A DNA stretch of 64,000 nucleotides from Pseudomonadota bacterium. GTDB taxonomy: Bacteria > UBA10199 > 2-02-FULL-44-16 > JAAZCA01. Both the position numbers and the translations under genes were made by a program. The notes beneath the pieces are model-generated. The model ran no database searches, was not told the DNA's origin, and was given only the letters and a program-made list of their open reading frames with translations. Position 1 is the first letter of the stretch. Every line of letters begins with the position of its first letter. Below, one piece after another: positions 9,700 to 18,660 of this stretch. Where the stretch lies: positions 1-64,000 of the forward strand of contig JAZDOG010000101.1 in the NCBI GenBank assembly GCA_043798915.1. The letters run 5' to 3'.

Positions 9700-10098
9700 T
9701 TATTCCTTCCCCTCGGGGCCTGCCGCCGCGGCCAGGCGAGAGAGCTCGTCGCCGACGCTGCGGTAGGTCTCGATCAGGTCCGCGCACAGCGGGCCGTTGA
9801 TGAAGCGGCCATGGAGGTCGCGGCAGAACGAGAGCATGACGATCGCCTCCGTGCAGCGGAGGGCCGCCTCGCCGAGCGCCTGGGCCTTGCACGAGCTTGT
9901 GATGCCGGAGTGCAGGCCGGCGGCGATCAGCCTCGGAACCTCCCTGGCGGAGTGGCCGAGCTTCGTGCCCGTGTCGTCTCCCTCTGAAAGATAGGGCGCG
10001 ATGTTTCTGTGGACCGCGATCGACGCGCTGTAGCTCTGGCGATAGAGCGGGTCGTCCAGCGTCGCCATGATTCCCTCTGCCGATGTCATGTCTGCCAT
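9700..10098 (-). CDS. Four-helix-bundle-like protein (23S rRNA IVP/TIGR02436-like)
   Basis: 132 aa, all helical; YRQSY...KLGHSAREVPRLIAAG...EA pattern resembles the family QLRRAAxSIPxNIAEG motif. Confidence 0.5.
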   Translation of the reverse strand: MADMTSAEGIMATLDDPLYRQSYSASIAVHRNIAPYLSEGDDTGTKLGHSAREVPRLIAAGLHSGITSSCKAQALGEAALRCTEAIVMLSFCRDLHGRFINGPLCADLIETYRSVGDELSRLAAAAGPEGKE

Positions 10099-10108
10099 TT
10101 TCTTCCCC

Positions 10109-12232
10109 CTATCTGGTCTCGACGGCGCCCATATCGTAGCCGCCGCCCTTGGGTCTCGGCGCCCCGCCGAAGTCCACGAACACCGAGCCCATATCCTGCG
10201 CGCTCGCGTTGAGGCCCTGGTCGACGCCGGACGAACCAGCCAGCGCATACGAGGCATCGACGAGCCCCGACGGATCGGCTCCGGAAAGAATCGCGTTGGA
10301 TGACACTGCGGCATTACCCATCGGGAACGATCCGGCGCCTGCGGCATATCCCATCCCGTCGCAGTCGATCACGATGGAGGCGCCGCTCTCCGACGGAAAG
10401 CGCGCGAGGATGTTGTTCTTGATCGCCGAGCCCGCCGCCGGGGCGTCGCCCAGGCAGATCAGGGCATACTGGTCCGGCGCGTCTCCTGTGAAGACGACGT
10501 TGTTGACGAGGACGGGCGATGCTCCCGAGAGCTCCACGCCCTCGGCCACACCCAGATTGGCGTTTCCGGACCTCGCGTCTATCGTGTTGTTGACCGCGAT
10601 CGGAGCCGCGTTCTCAATCCGCAGGCCCGTCGCGAATCTTCCGCTGCCTGCGATGACTATGTTGTCAGTGACCGCGGTGATGCCGCCCTCGATCGAGACG
10701 CCCATGCTTTCGCTTCCGCTCGCGTCCCGGCCGCCGCCGCTCACCCTGTTTCGCGTTATCTTCGCGGTGCCGGAGGCGACGCGGATGCCGATGCCTCTGA
10801 GCGAATTGGCGTTGCCTGCGATCGTGTTGCGTTCGATCGATGCGGAGCCGCTCCTCACGTCCACCGCGACGGAGGGATTGACTGCATCAAAGGACGTCGC
10901 TGCGTTCTCGATGTGAAAGCCGTCTATGACGACCCCGTCTGCGCCGAGCGCCAGGGTCGTCGGGGCGTCGCTCCTCGTCAGGATGGTCTTGAAGACCGGG
11001 GCGTCGCTCCTCACATCGCGGGAGGCGAAGCGCCTGGCGGCATCCGCGTCGTTTGCAAACCCGCCATAGAGCCGGACCGCCGTCGTGATCAGGGCGTTCG
11101 ACACGTCATATATGCCCGCCGCAACGTAGACGGGGAGGCTCCGCGCCTGTGCGATCCTGACCGCCGCGGCTATCGATGCGACAGGCGTAAGGCGCGTGCC
11201 GCGCCATCCGTCAGAGCCGTGCGCGATATCGACGAAGACCGCCTTCACATCGTCGCCCACTCCTGGATCGCTGTCGTCCAAGTCGCACTCGATTGGGACT
11301 CCGTCGCCATCCGCGTCGGCCGTGAGCTGCCTGGGATTGGCCACATATGGGCAGTTGTCGGAGGCGTTGGGGATTCCGTCGCCGTCGATGTCCGGATCAC
11401 AGGCATCGCCCACGCCGTCGTCGTCCCTGTCGGCCTGATCCGGATTCGACACATAGGGGCAGTTGTCCTTCTCGTTCGGTATGCCGTCGCCGTCGATATC
11501 GGGATCGCATGCGTCGCCGATCCCGTCGCCGTCGGCGTCCTCCTGATCCGGATTGGCGCCAAGCGGGCAGTTGTCCTTTCCATCCGGCACGCCGTCGCCG
11601 TCCGTGTCGGGATTGGGCGGATTGATGTCGAGGCTCGCCTCGTTTGCTTTATCAGGATCGCATGCGTCGCCGATCCCATTGCCATTGGCGTCCTTCTGAT
11701 CCTGGTTGGCGCCAAGCGGGCAGTTGTCCTTTCCATCCGGCACGCCGTCGCCGTCCGTGTCGGAATTTCGCGGATCGGTGCCCTTGACCAGCTCGTCGAC
11801 GTTCGGGAGGCCATCGCTGTCGTCGTCGGAGGTGAAGTCGTACGCCGTGGCAGCGACATCGGGCAGAACCGCGCTCTCCTCTGATGTGAGCGGCACGGAC
11901 ACGACTGCCAGCAGGATATCCTGCGCTGCCGAATGCCGGAATTCGATCCTCAGGGTTGCGCCTGTGTCCGGTATCGCTGCGATCGGCAGGATGGAGAAAC
12001 TCCATGTGCCATTGCTCAGCTGCCCGTCCGCCGGGGCGGAGAGCACGGATTCCCCCGGCCCGATGAGCGTCGCCTTCGCCTTGAGCTCCGAGGCGTATAT
12101 CGAGAGCTTGTCCGGATAGGAGGCGCTGAATTTATACTCTCTCGCGCCGCTTCCGCTGCCGCTTCCACTCCCGCCTCCGCAGGCTGCGGCAGCAAGCGCG
12201 AAGAAAATTGCGATCATCATTGTCTTTCGCAT
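10109..12232 (-). CDS. Lipoprotein with thrombospondin type-3-like Ca-binding repeats and beta-helix domain
   Basis: Lipobox AAAC; repeated DTDGDGVPDGKDNCP..NPDQ.D.DGDGIGDACD; C-terminal DFGGAPRPKGGGYDMGAVE. Confidence 0.85.
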   Translation of the reverse strand: MRKTMMIAIFFALAAAACGGGSGSGSGSGAREYKFSASYPDKLSIYASELKAKATLIGPGESVLSAPADGQLSNGTWSFSILPIAAIPDTGATLRIEFRHSAAQDILLAVVSVPLTSEESAVLPDVAATAYDFTSDDDSDGLPNVDELVKGTDPRNSDTDGDGVPDGKDNCPLGANQDQKDANGNGIGDACDPDKANEASLDINPPNPDTDGDGVPDGKDNCPLGANPDQEDADGDGIGDACDPDIDGDGIPNEKDNCPYVSNPDQADRDDDGVGDACDPDIDGDGIPNASDNCPYVANPRQLTADADGDGVPIECDLDDSDPGVGDDVKAVFVDIAHGSDGWRGTRLTPVASIAAAVRIAQARSLPVYVAAGIYDVSNALITTAVRLYGGFANDADAARRFASRDVRSDAPVFKTILTRSDAPTTLALGADGVVIDGFHIENAATSFDAVNPSVAVDVRSGSASIERNTIAGNANSLRGIGIRVASGTAKITRNRVSGGGRDASGSESMGVSIEGGITAVTDNIVIAGSGRFATGLRIENAAPIAVNNTIDARSGNANLGVAEGVELSGASPVLVNNVVFTGDAPDQYALICLGDAPAAGSAIKNNILARFPSESGASIVIDCDGMGYAAGAGSFPMGNAAVSSNAILSGADPSGLVDASYALAGSSGVDQGLNASAQDMGSVFVDFGGAPRPKGGGYDMGAVETR

Positions 12233-12244
12233 GACATCCTCCGT

Positions 12245-13006
12245 TCAGCGGTTTGAAAGCCCCGTGAGGCTCGACGATTGCCTGTTCCTGTTCGCCGATG
12301 CGGCTGCAAACGGCGCCGGATGCCGCTTCGTCCCGTCCAGAAGCGTGACCTCCACGCTCGAGGAGCGCCCGGTCACCAGATCGCGCACGGTGAATTTGTG
12401 GCTTCCGGGAGTGAGGAGCTTGGAAGAGATGCGGCCGAGCCCGGTCGCTTCGTCGAGGTGTATCTCCTCCAGGTTCGTATCGGCATCGACGATAGCGCCG
12501 GAAATAGAATCCTCGACAGCGAGATGATGCGTCGGATCCGAGAAGAGCCGCATCGCGAGCCGCGTGTTGTCGATCGTGCCCTTGTCCCTTATGTTGACGA
12601 AGATGGGCACGGCTTCCAGCGCAATCCCGACCTCCGTCACGCCGCTGCCTGTTTCGACGCCGCTCTTCTCGCCGGCGAGGATGATCGCGTCGTTTGGGTT
12701 CAGCGCCTCGACGGAGACCGTGCGGCCGCCGCCGGAAGGGATGCCGTCGATAGTGCCTTCGGTCGCGTCGCCCGAAAACTCACCGGTGATGGGATCGGTT
12801 ATTCCAGCGCCCTCGACCTTCACGCGGTAGCTCTTGACGACCCCCGGCTCGATGCTCGGATTGAAATCCTTTGCGCCAGTAACGGCTATGGCGAGCGCGC
12901 CTGTGCCTCCGGAGGATGTGCCGGTTGTGTTTCCGCCGCCGCCGCATCCGGCGATCGCGATGAGTCCCAGGAGGGTCAGCACTTTTTTGATCTCTTCAGC
13001 AGTCAT
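12245..13006 (-). CDS. Hypothetical lipoprotein (Ig-like/beta-rich)
   Basis: Lipobox IAGC followed by Gly/Ser linker; same operon. Confidence 0.75.
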   Translation of the reverse strand: MTAEEIKKVLTLLGLIAIAGCGGGGNTTGTSSGGTGALAIAVTGAKDFNPSIEPGVVKSYRVKVEGAGITDPITGEFSGDATEGTIDGIPSGGGRTVSVEALNPNDAIILAGEKSGVETGSGVTEVGIALEAVPIFVNIRDKGTIDNTRLAMRLFSDPTHHLAVEDSISGAIVDADTNLEEIHLDEATGLGRISSKLLTPGSHKFTVRDLVTGRSSSVEVTLLDGTKRHPAPFAAASANRNRQSSSLTGLSNR

Positions 13007-13019
13007 ATTTTTTTCCTCT

Positions 13020-14312
13020 TTATTTAAAAGATACCTTCAAGCTCCCCGGTCCGCCCGAATCTCCACCTGACATGGCTGCGGCGATGCCGCCGCCCACGGC
13101 GCCTGCGGCGAGCGCCCCCACGATCCCCCAGAAGATCGGGTTTTTGTGGAGCGGACGCCTGCGCTTGTCGAGGAGCGATGGATCTCCGATGCCGAGCGGT
13201 TTCGCCCTGTGCGCCGGATCGGAGGAGATATCGGCGATCGTCTGGTCCGCGAGAAGCCTGGCCATCCTTGCGAGCTTTGCCGCGCGTTGATTGTCGCCAT
13301 CATTGAGTGCGATGATGATCGGCGGCTGGCCCACGCCCAGTCGTCCATCCACCATCCGCGCCTCGATTTTATTTTTGCTGCCGGAGGCGGCGACATTCAC
13401 GAGGACCACCTTGTCGGCCTTCATCTGATTTGCGATCCTCAAACCCTCGCGCACGAGCGCTGCTTCATTCTCGGCCTTGGGCAGGTTCGCCCGGCGGCTC
13501 TCCTTCGCCCAGCCGAGCTTCTCTCGGAGGGCAACGCGCGCGCCGGCGGTGACCTCGACCGTGCGCTTCACCGGGGCGTATTTGCCGGCCCGGATTTCGA
13601 GGCTGTAGCTTCCGGCGGGGAGGTCCTTGATTTCGGTTGGAGTCACGCCGCGCTGGATGCCGTTTACGAAGACCTCTGCGGCCTTAGGATTGGTCTCGAC
13701 TGCGATCGATCCGGTTGGCCCGCTCTTTACCTGGCGGCTGACTTCATTGAAGAGCGAGACGAGGCTGGGTGGATAGTTCTCGGCCGCGAGATTGAGAGCC
13801 GGGTTTATGCGCAGCGCATCCGAAAGCGACTGACGCGCCTGGGCCTCGCTGCCGCGGGACCTTGCGAAGACGGCCCGGGAGACATACGCGTCGGCAAGCG
13901 GCGCTCCGGCTTCGGCCATGTTGCCCCGTTTTTTTTCGAGGAGCGCAATGGCGCGACCCAACTCCTTCTCCGCCTCCGCATACCGGAACTGGAAATAGCG
14001 CTCCTTTGCCAGAGAGAGGGCCTCTTCGGCCTCGCGCAGATCGGCGGGGCGATCGGTGCCGTAGTCATTGTATTTGAGGATCTCCGCGGAGAGATCGGAT
14101 TCAACTATATGATGGTTCGTGATGAGTTTGAGGGACGACCCGAGTTCTTGCGCAAGCTCGCGGCTCTCGGCATCGCTGTCGCCATCAGAGACAGGAACCA
14201 CTGCGATCGAAAGAGGGTGCCTCTCAACCGGCGAGGCGTGAACGGGAGGGATCGGAGAGACTATCGACACCGTCAGGATCGATATAAAAACTTTGCGGAT
14301 GAATGGACGCAC
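13020..14312 (-). CDS. TPR + PEGA domain protein with C-terminal membrane segment
   Basis: TPR-like helices; PEGA motif GSIAVETNPKAAEVFVNG..GVTP..LPAGSY; C-terminal KNPIFWGIVGALAAG; start uncertain (GTG 14312). Confidence 0.8.
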   Translation of the reverse strand: MRPFIRKVFISILTVSIVSPIPPVHASPVERHPLSIAVVPVSDGDSDAESRELAQELGSSLKLITNHHIVESDLSAEILKYNDYGTDRPADLREAEEALSLAKERYFQFRYAEAEKELGRAIALLEKKRGNMAEAGAPLADAYVSRAVFARSRGSEAQARQSLSDALRINPALNLAAENYPPSLVSLFNEVSRQVKSGPTGSIAVETNPKAAEVFVNGIQRGVTPTEIKDLPAGSYSLEIRAGKYAPVKRTVEVTAGARVALREKLGWAKESRRANLPKAENEAALVREGLRIANQMKADKVVLVNVAASGSKNKIEARMVDGRLGVGQPPIIIALNDGDNQRAAKLARMARLLADQTIADISSDPAHRAKPLGIGDPSLLDKRRRPLHKNPIFWGIVGALAAGAVGGGIAAAMSGGDSGGPGSLKVSFK

Positions 14313-14324
14313 GCAGCGTTCATT

Positions 14325-14340
14325 AGCAAACTTCGTGCCA
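14325..14340 (-). promoter_or_regulatory. Putative sigma54 (-24/-12) promoter of the surface-protein operon
   Basis: Minus strand TGGCACG-AAGT-TTGCT matches the TGGCACG-N4-TTGCW consensus exactly. Confidence 0.7.
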
Positions 14341-14596
14341 CGTCCTGGGCCCACGCATCGGAAATCTTAAAACCATCCGCATTTCAAAGGTGAACCCGGC
14401 CGGATTCTGGTGGAGGTAGGCCCCAACATTTCGCCATCTGTTCAACACGCGGCGCACATAAATCGAACAGGTTGTGTTGATTAGCGAACAGGGTTTTCAC
14501 GCAACCGCCAGACGAAACAAATGTTATGTATCAATTTTTATAAGAAAATTTAGGTTGATTATTTCTTTAATTCCCAATATAATAGGAGTTAGGGAT

Positions 14597-15226
14597 ATGA
14601 AATGCACAGAATTCAAAAAGAAACTGCGTAAATACCCATATATTACGACCGCGGTATTCGGTTCTTTCCCCGGGTCTCAAAAAACGCTCTACAATCAAAT
14701 CAACCAATGGGTCAAAACTGGCGAAGTTGTAAAGCTCCGCAGGGGGTTGTACACGTTGAACGAGGATGATCGAAAGGTCGGCCTTTCATTGAATCTGGCT
14801 GCCAACGCCATCTACTCCCCGTCATATGTGAGCCTGGAGTCCGCCTTGAGCCATTACGGCATGATCCCCGAGGCCGTTTTCGCGGTCACATCGGTGACGG
14901 CAAAAAAGACTCAGAGTTTTTCAAATCCTCTCGGGCAATTCATATACAGGAGCGTCAAGAAGGCCGCTTTCTTCGGTTTTACAGCTGTCAGGGACGAATT
15001 CGGTTTTGATTGCCTCGTTGCTCTACCGGAAAAGGCGTTGCTCGATTATCTCTACTTCAACGCCCCGTCGCGCGGGCCGGCGTGGGTATCATTTTTTGAT
15101 GAGTCTATGCGCCTCCAGAACGCGGATCAGCTGGATTTGAAAAAAATCGAGGAGATGGCCGCAAAGATGGGGAGCAGAAAACTGACAGGTGCGATTGCAG
15201 CGCTAAAGAAATGGATGAAGCGATGA
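14597..15226 (+). CDS. AbiEi-like type IV TA antitoxin / transcriptional regulator
   Basis: KLRRGLY, YSPSYVSLESALSHYGMIPE, ALPEKALLDYLY; ATGA overlap with the next gene. Confidence 0.85.
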   Translation: MKCTEFKKKLRKYPYITTAVFGSFPGSQKTLYNQINQWVKTGEVVKLRRGLYTLNEDDRKVGLSLNLAANAIYSPSYVSLESALSHYGMIPEAVFAVTSVTAKKTQSFSNPLGQFIYRSVKKAAFFGFTAVRDEFGFDCLVALPEKALLDYLYFNAPSRGPAWVSFFDESMRLQNADQLDLKKIEEMAAKMGSRKLTGAIAALKKWMKR

Positions 15227-16026
15227 GAGAGGTCATTGCGGAGAAATTGAAAACCGTTTCATCGTCTGGGGAGAAGTACAACATCCTCCGGGAATACCTG
15301 CAGGCCCTCGTCCTAAAGTGCATCGAGGAGAAGAGACATGTGGGGAGGATCGCGTTTGTGGGCGGCACTGCGCTAAGGTTCCTTTTCGATCTGAGGAGAT
15401 TTTCGGAGGACCTCGATTTTTCGCTGGTGCGCCCTGAAGGCTTCGACTTCGAGGAGCTGCTCGCGGATGTCGGGGCCTCATTCGAAGCGTGGAATATCGT
15501 CGTCGAGTTCAAATCAAAGGCTGCGGGGGCCGTCGTAAACTCTTTTTTGAAATTCCCCGATCTCATGTTTGAAAACGGGCTCGCCCACAGGAGGGACCAG
15601 AAACTTTTCATCAAGCTCGAGATCGACTGCAACCCGCCGGAGGGCTTCACCACCGGGTTCAGCTTCAATCAAAAATATCTGCCGATGAATATCTTCCATT
15701 ATGACCTGCCATCCATGTTCGCAGGAAAGCTGCACGCGATCCTCCTCAGGCAGTTCACGAAGGGGCGGGATTTTTTCGATCTGATGTGGTTTCTGGGAAA
15801 AAAGGTCGAGCCGAACCTCGTGCAGCTTGAGAACGCAATCCGCCAGACGACGGGCGAGGATGTCAAACTCACCCCGGCAATTTTAAGGGAGAGCCTCAAA
15901 AAGAGGATCTCGGAGGCTGACTTTAAAAAGATTCGGAATGAGCTGGTCGTATTCGCGGAAGACAAGGACGACGTCAAATATGTGACCAGGGACGCGCTGA
16001 TGCAACTCGTGGGGCAGGCGATGTGA
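15223..16026 (+). CDS. AbiEii-family nucleotidyltransferase toxin
   Basis: FVGGTALR..RFSEDLDF, IKLEID, GKLHAIL..KGRDFFDL. Confidence 0.9.
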   Translation: MREVIAEKLKTVSSSGEKYNILREYLQALVLKCIEEKRHVGRIAFVGGTALRFLFDLRRFSEDLDFSLVRPEGFDFEELLADVGASFEAWNIVVEFKSKAAGAVVNSFLKFPDLMFENGLAHRRDQKLFIKLEIDCNPPEGFTTGFSFNQKYLPMNIFHYDLPSMFAGKLHAILLRQFTKGRDFFDLMWFLGKKVEPNLVQLENAIRQTTGEDVKLTPAILRESLKKRISEADFKKIRNELVVFAEDKDDVKYVTRDALMQLVGQAM

Positions 16027-16093
16027 TGCGGTATTGCATTCCCTTCAGCCGATGCTATAGTCCCGACAACCTCATGTCTTTACGGGAGATTTC

Positions 16094-17713
16094 ATGGGTT
16101 TCGGCCGTCGCCTTATTTCAATTATAATAATGATGCTGCTGGCGGCGACCTTTGCGTCCTGCTCCGGCAAACACACCCCTCGCATAGCGAAGCCAGAGGC
16201 CAAGGAGAAGGACGATCCCTATTTCCAATTCATCCGCGCCGACCTCCTGGCGATGAAGGGGGAGACGCAGAAGTCGACCGCGGAGCTTTTGAAGCTCACG
16301 AAGCGCTATCCGCGCATGGCGTTCTTTTATCTTCTCCTCGCCCACAACTACGGCCAGGAGCATCGCCTCCAGGAGGCCGTGAACGCGTGCAAGGAAGCGG
16401 TCGAGGTCTCGCCCGGCTTTGCCGAGGCGAGGATATACCTCGGCAAGCTCTACGCATCGCAGGAGATGCACTCTGAGGCCGTGCGCACGCTCGCTGATGT
16501 CGTCCGCGATTTTCCAAAGGAGGAGGACGTCTATCCTCTGCTCGCCAGCGAGCATGTGATCATGCGCGAGTACGGCAGGGCCGTCGAGGTCCTGAAACAG
16601 ATGATCTCTTTCGACCCCGATGCACTGATCGCATACTTTTACCTGGGCCAGATATACGAGGAACACCTGGGAAAGAGTGAGATGGCGCTCCAGATGTACC
16701 GCGAGGCGCTCTCCATCGACCCCGGAAACGTGGGCGTCCAGAGCGCAATCGCGGAGTCATACCTCAGACACAAACAGCTGGGCAAAGCGCTCGACAAGTA
16801 CCAGGATATCCTGCATGAGGCGCCCGACGAGATCGCCGTCGCCCTGCGCATCGCCCTCATACACTACGAGCTCAAGGAGTATGACGAGGCCATCGCGATG
16901 TTCGTCGATATCCTCAAGAAGAATGCGGACGCGGACAAGATAAGGTTCTATCTGGGCGTCCTCTACGAGAGCACGAAGGATCCTGATAAGGCGATAGTGG
17001 AGCTTTCGCAGGTGCCGGCCAACTCGAGCTATTTCAAGGACGCGCGCCTGCATATCGCATCGATGGATCGCTCTGCCGGCCGTGTCGACGAGGCCGCGGC
17101 GGCGCTTCGCGACGGCATAGAGAAGAAGGGCCAGATCCCTGAGTTCTATGAATACCTGGCCGCGATCTACGAAGAAAACCGGGATTACAAGCAGGCCATC
17201 GCCGTCCTCGAGGAAGGGCACAAGGCGCTTCCGGGCGACGAGAAGATGGTCTTCCTGCTGGCCATCATCTGCGAGAAGGCGCGCGACCGCGACCGCGCGG
17301 TTGCGGCCATGCGCGATGTGCTGAAGATCAACCCCAAGAACGCGAGCGCGCTCAACTATATCGGCTACACCTATGCGGAGAAGGGCGAAAATTTAAGCGA
17401 AGCGCTGGAGATGGTCCAGCAGGCCCTCGTGCTCAAGCCAGACGACGGCTACATCACCGACAGCCTGGGCTGGGTCTATGTGAGGCAGGGCGACCTGGAG
17501 CACGGGCTCAAGTATCTGCTCAGGGCAAACAGCCTCGTACCTGGCGAGACGACGATCCTCTATCACTTGGGCGAGGCGCTCTACGGGCGCGGCGAAATGA
17601 AGGGCGCCCTCAAATATTACGAGCAGGCTCTGGACGCCGGGGCAAAGAAGCCCGAGACGGATGAAGAAGAATTGGAAAAGATAAAGAAGAGGATAGAGGA
17701 ACTAAAGAAATAG
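16094..17713 (+). CDS. Tetratricopeptide-repeat lipoprotein
   Basis: Lipobox FASC; many TPRs; ALNYIGYTYAE and YITDSLGWVY motifs. Confidence 0.9.
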   Translation: MGFGRRLISIIIMMLLAATFASCSGKHTPRIAKPEAKEKDDPYFQFIRADLLAMKGETQKSTAELLKLTKRYPRMAFFYLLLAHNYGQEHRLQEAVNACKEAVEVSPGFAEARIYLGKLYASQEMHSEAVRTLADVVRDFPKEEDVYPLLASEHVIMREYGRAVEVLKQMISFDPDALIAYFYLGQIYEEHLGKSEMALQMYREALSIDPGNVGVQSAIAESYLRHKQLGKALDKYQDILHEAPDEIAVALRIALIHYELKEYDEAIAMFVDILKKNADADKIRFYLGVLYESTKDPDKAIVELSQVPANSSYFKDARLHIASMDRSAGRVDEAAAALRDGIEKKGQIPEFYEYLAAIYEENRDYKQAIAVLEEGHKALPGDEKMVFLLAIICEKARDRDRAVAAMRDVLKINPKNASALNYIGYTYAEKGENLSEALEMVQQALVLKPDDGYITDSLGWVYVRQGDLEHGLKYLLRANSLVPGETTILYHLGEALYGRGEMKGALKYYEQALDAGAKKPETDEEELEKIKKRIEELKK

Positions 17714-17736
17714 TGAAATATTGAGGATACACGCGC

Positions 17737-17801
17737 TGTCATTCCCGCGAACGCGGGAATCCCATGGAGGCAATTAGATTCCTGCTTTCGCAGGAATGAC
17801 A
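17737..17801. repeat. REP-like palindromic element TGTCATTCCCGCG...GGAATGACA (copy 1)
   Basis: Terminal inverted repeats with two internal hairpins; 27 bp identical to the copy at 41490..41548. Confidence 0.8.
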
Positions 17802-17865
17802 AAAAAAGTATCCATTATCAGTTAAAATAAATAAGCAGCCACAGTTTGACCCTTCAAAGATCATT

Positions 17866-18660
17866 ATGCGTAAATTTTATATCATCTGCGCCGCGATGGC
17901 GCTACTTGCTGTCGGATGCGCCAAAACACCCTCTCGCGTGGCGATTCCGCGCGAGGCGGGCGTGGCGACAGCCGAAGCCGGGTCTCTTGCAAACCGCATA
18001 AAGTTATATCGCCAGGAAACCAGGGCCGTCAGGGCGATGGCCTGGATATTGCTCGGCGATGCGGAGGAGGAGAGACAGACCGATGCGGCCATGGCGATCG
18101 TCCGCCCGGAGCATATCCGCGTCGACGCGATGGACGCGCTCGCCGATGTCTGGGCCCAGGCGGCAAGCGACGGCAGGACTATGTGGCTCTATCTGCCGGC
18201 GAAGTCCAGGCTCTACTCCGGCAGGGCGACGGTGAAGAACCTCCATCGCCTGGCCCGGTTTGATTTCGAGGTGCCGGAGATCGTGGACCTGCTCGCGGGT
18301 TCGCCGCCGATCGGCGCGGATGCGTCGCTCGTCCAGGTGGGCAGCGGAAAAGATGCGCACTTCCGCGTCGAGGGCACGAACGTCGATCTCTGGACCGGCG
18401 GGAAGTCCGGCAAGATTGTGAGGCTCGCGCGCTTCGGCAACGACGGAACGGAGGTCGAATACTCCGTCGCATACGACGACTACAGGCGGGTGGGCCGCGT
18501 CTTTTTCCCGTTCCGCATCGAGGCGACCTTTCCATCGCGCGGGGCGAGGATCGTCGTGGTCTACAAGACGGTGGAACTGGGCGCCTCGCCTGAAGCGGCG
18601 GCATTCCTGCCGCCTGCCTCCGGCCGCGCCGGGAAAGTTCATTCTCTGGACGGCCCATGA
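17866..18660 (+). CDS. Lipoprotein, LolB/DUF4292-like
   Basis: Lipobox AVGC; beta-rich, with YDDYR...FPFRIEA segment; follows the TPR gene. Confidence 0.65.
   Translation: MRKFYIICAAMALLAVGCAKTPSRVAIPREAGVATAEAGSLANRIKLYRQETRAVRAMAWILLGDAEEERQTDAAMAIVRPEHIRVDAMDALADVWAQAASDGRTMWLYLPAKSRLYSGRATVKNLHRLARFDFEVPEIVDLLAGSPPIGADASLVQVGSGKDAHFRVEGTNVDLWTGGKSGKIVRLARFGNDGTEVEYSVAYDDYRRVGRVFFPFRIEATFPSRGARIVVVYKTVELGASPEAAAFLPPASGRAGKVHSLDGP

Noticed and set aside
9700..10098. Four-helix-bundle protein as a DGR Avd, with the 48.2/50.4 kb paralogous segments as TR/VR
   Set aside because: There is no reverse transcriptase in the window. Differences between the paralogous segments are not adenine-specific, and both are coding.
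11501..11763. Near-identical ~110-bp direct repeats
   Set aside because: They are explained by duplication of TSP3-like protein repeats within the lipoprotein gene.
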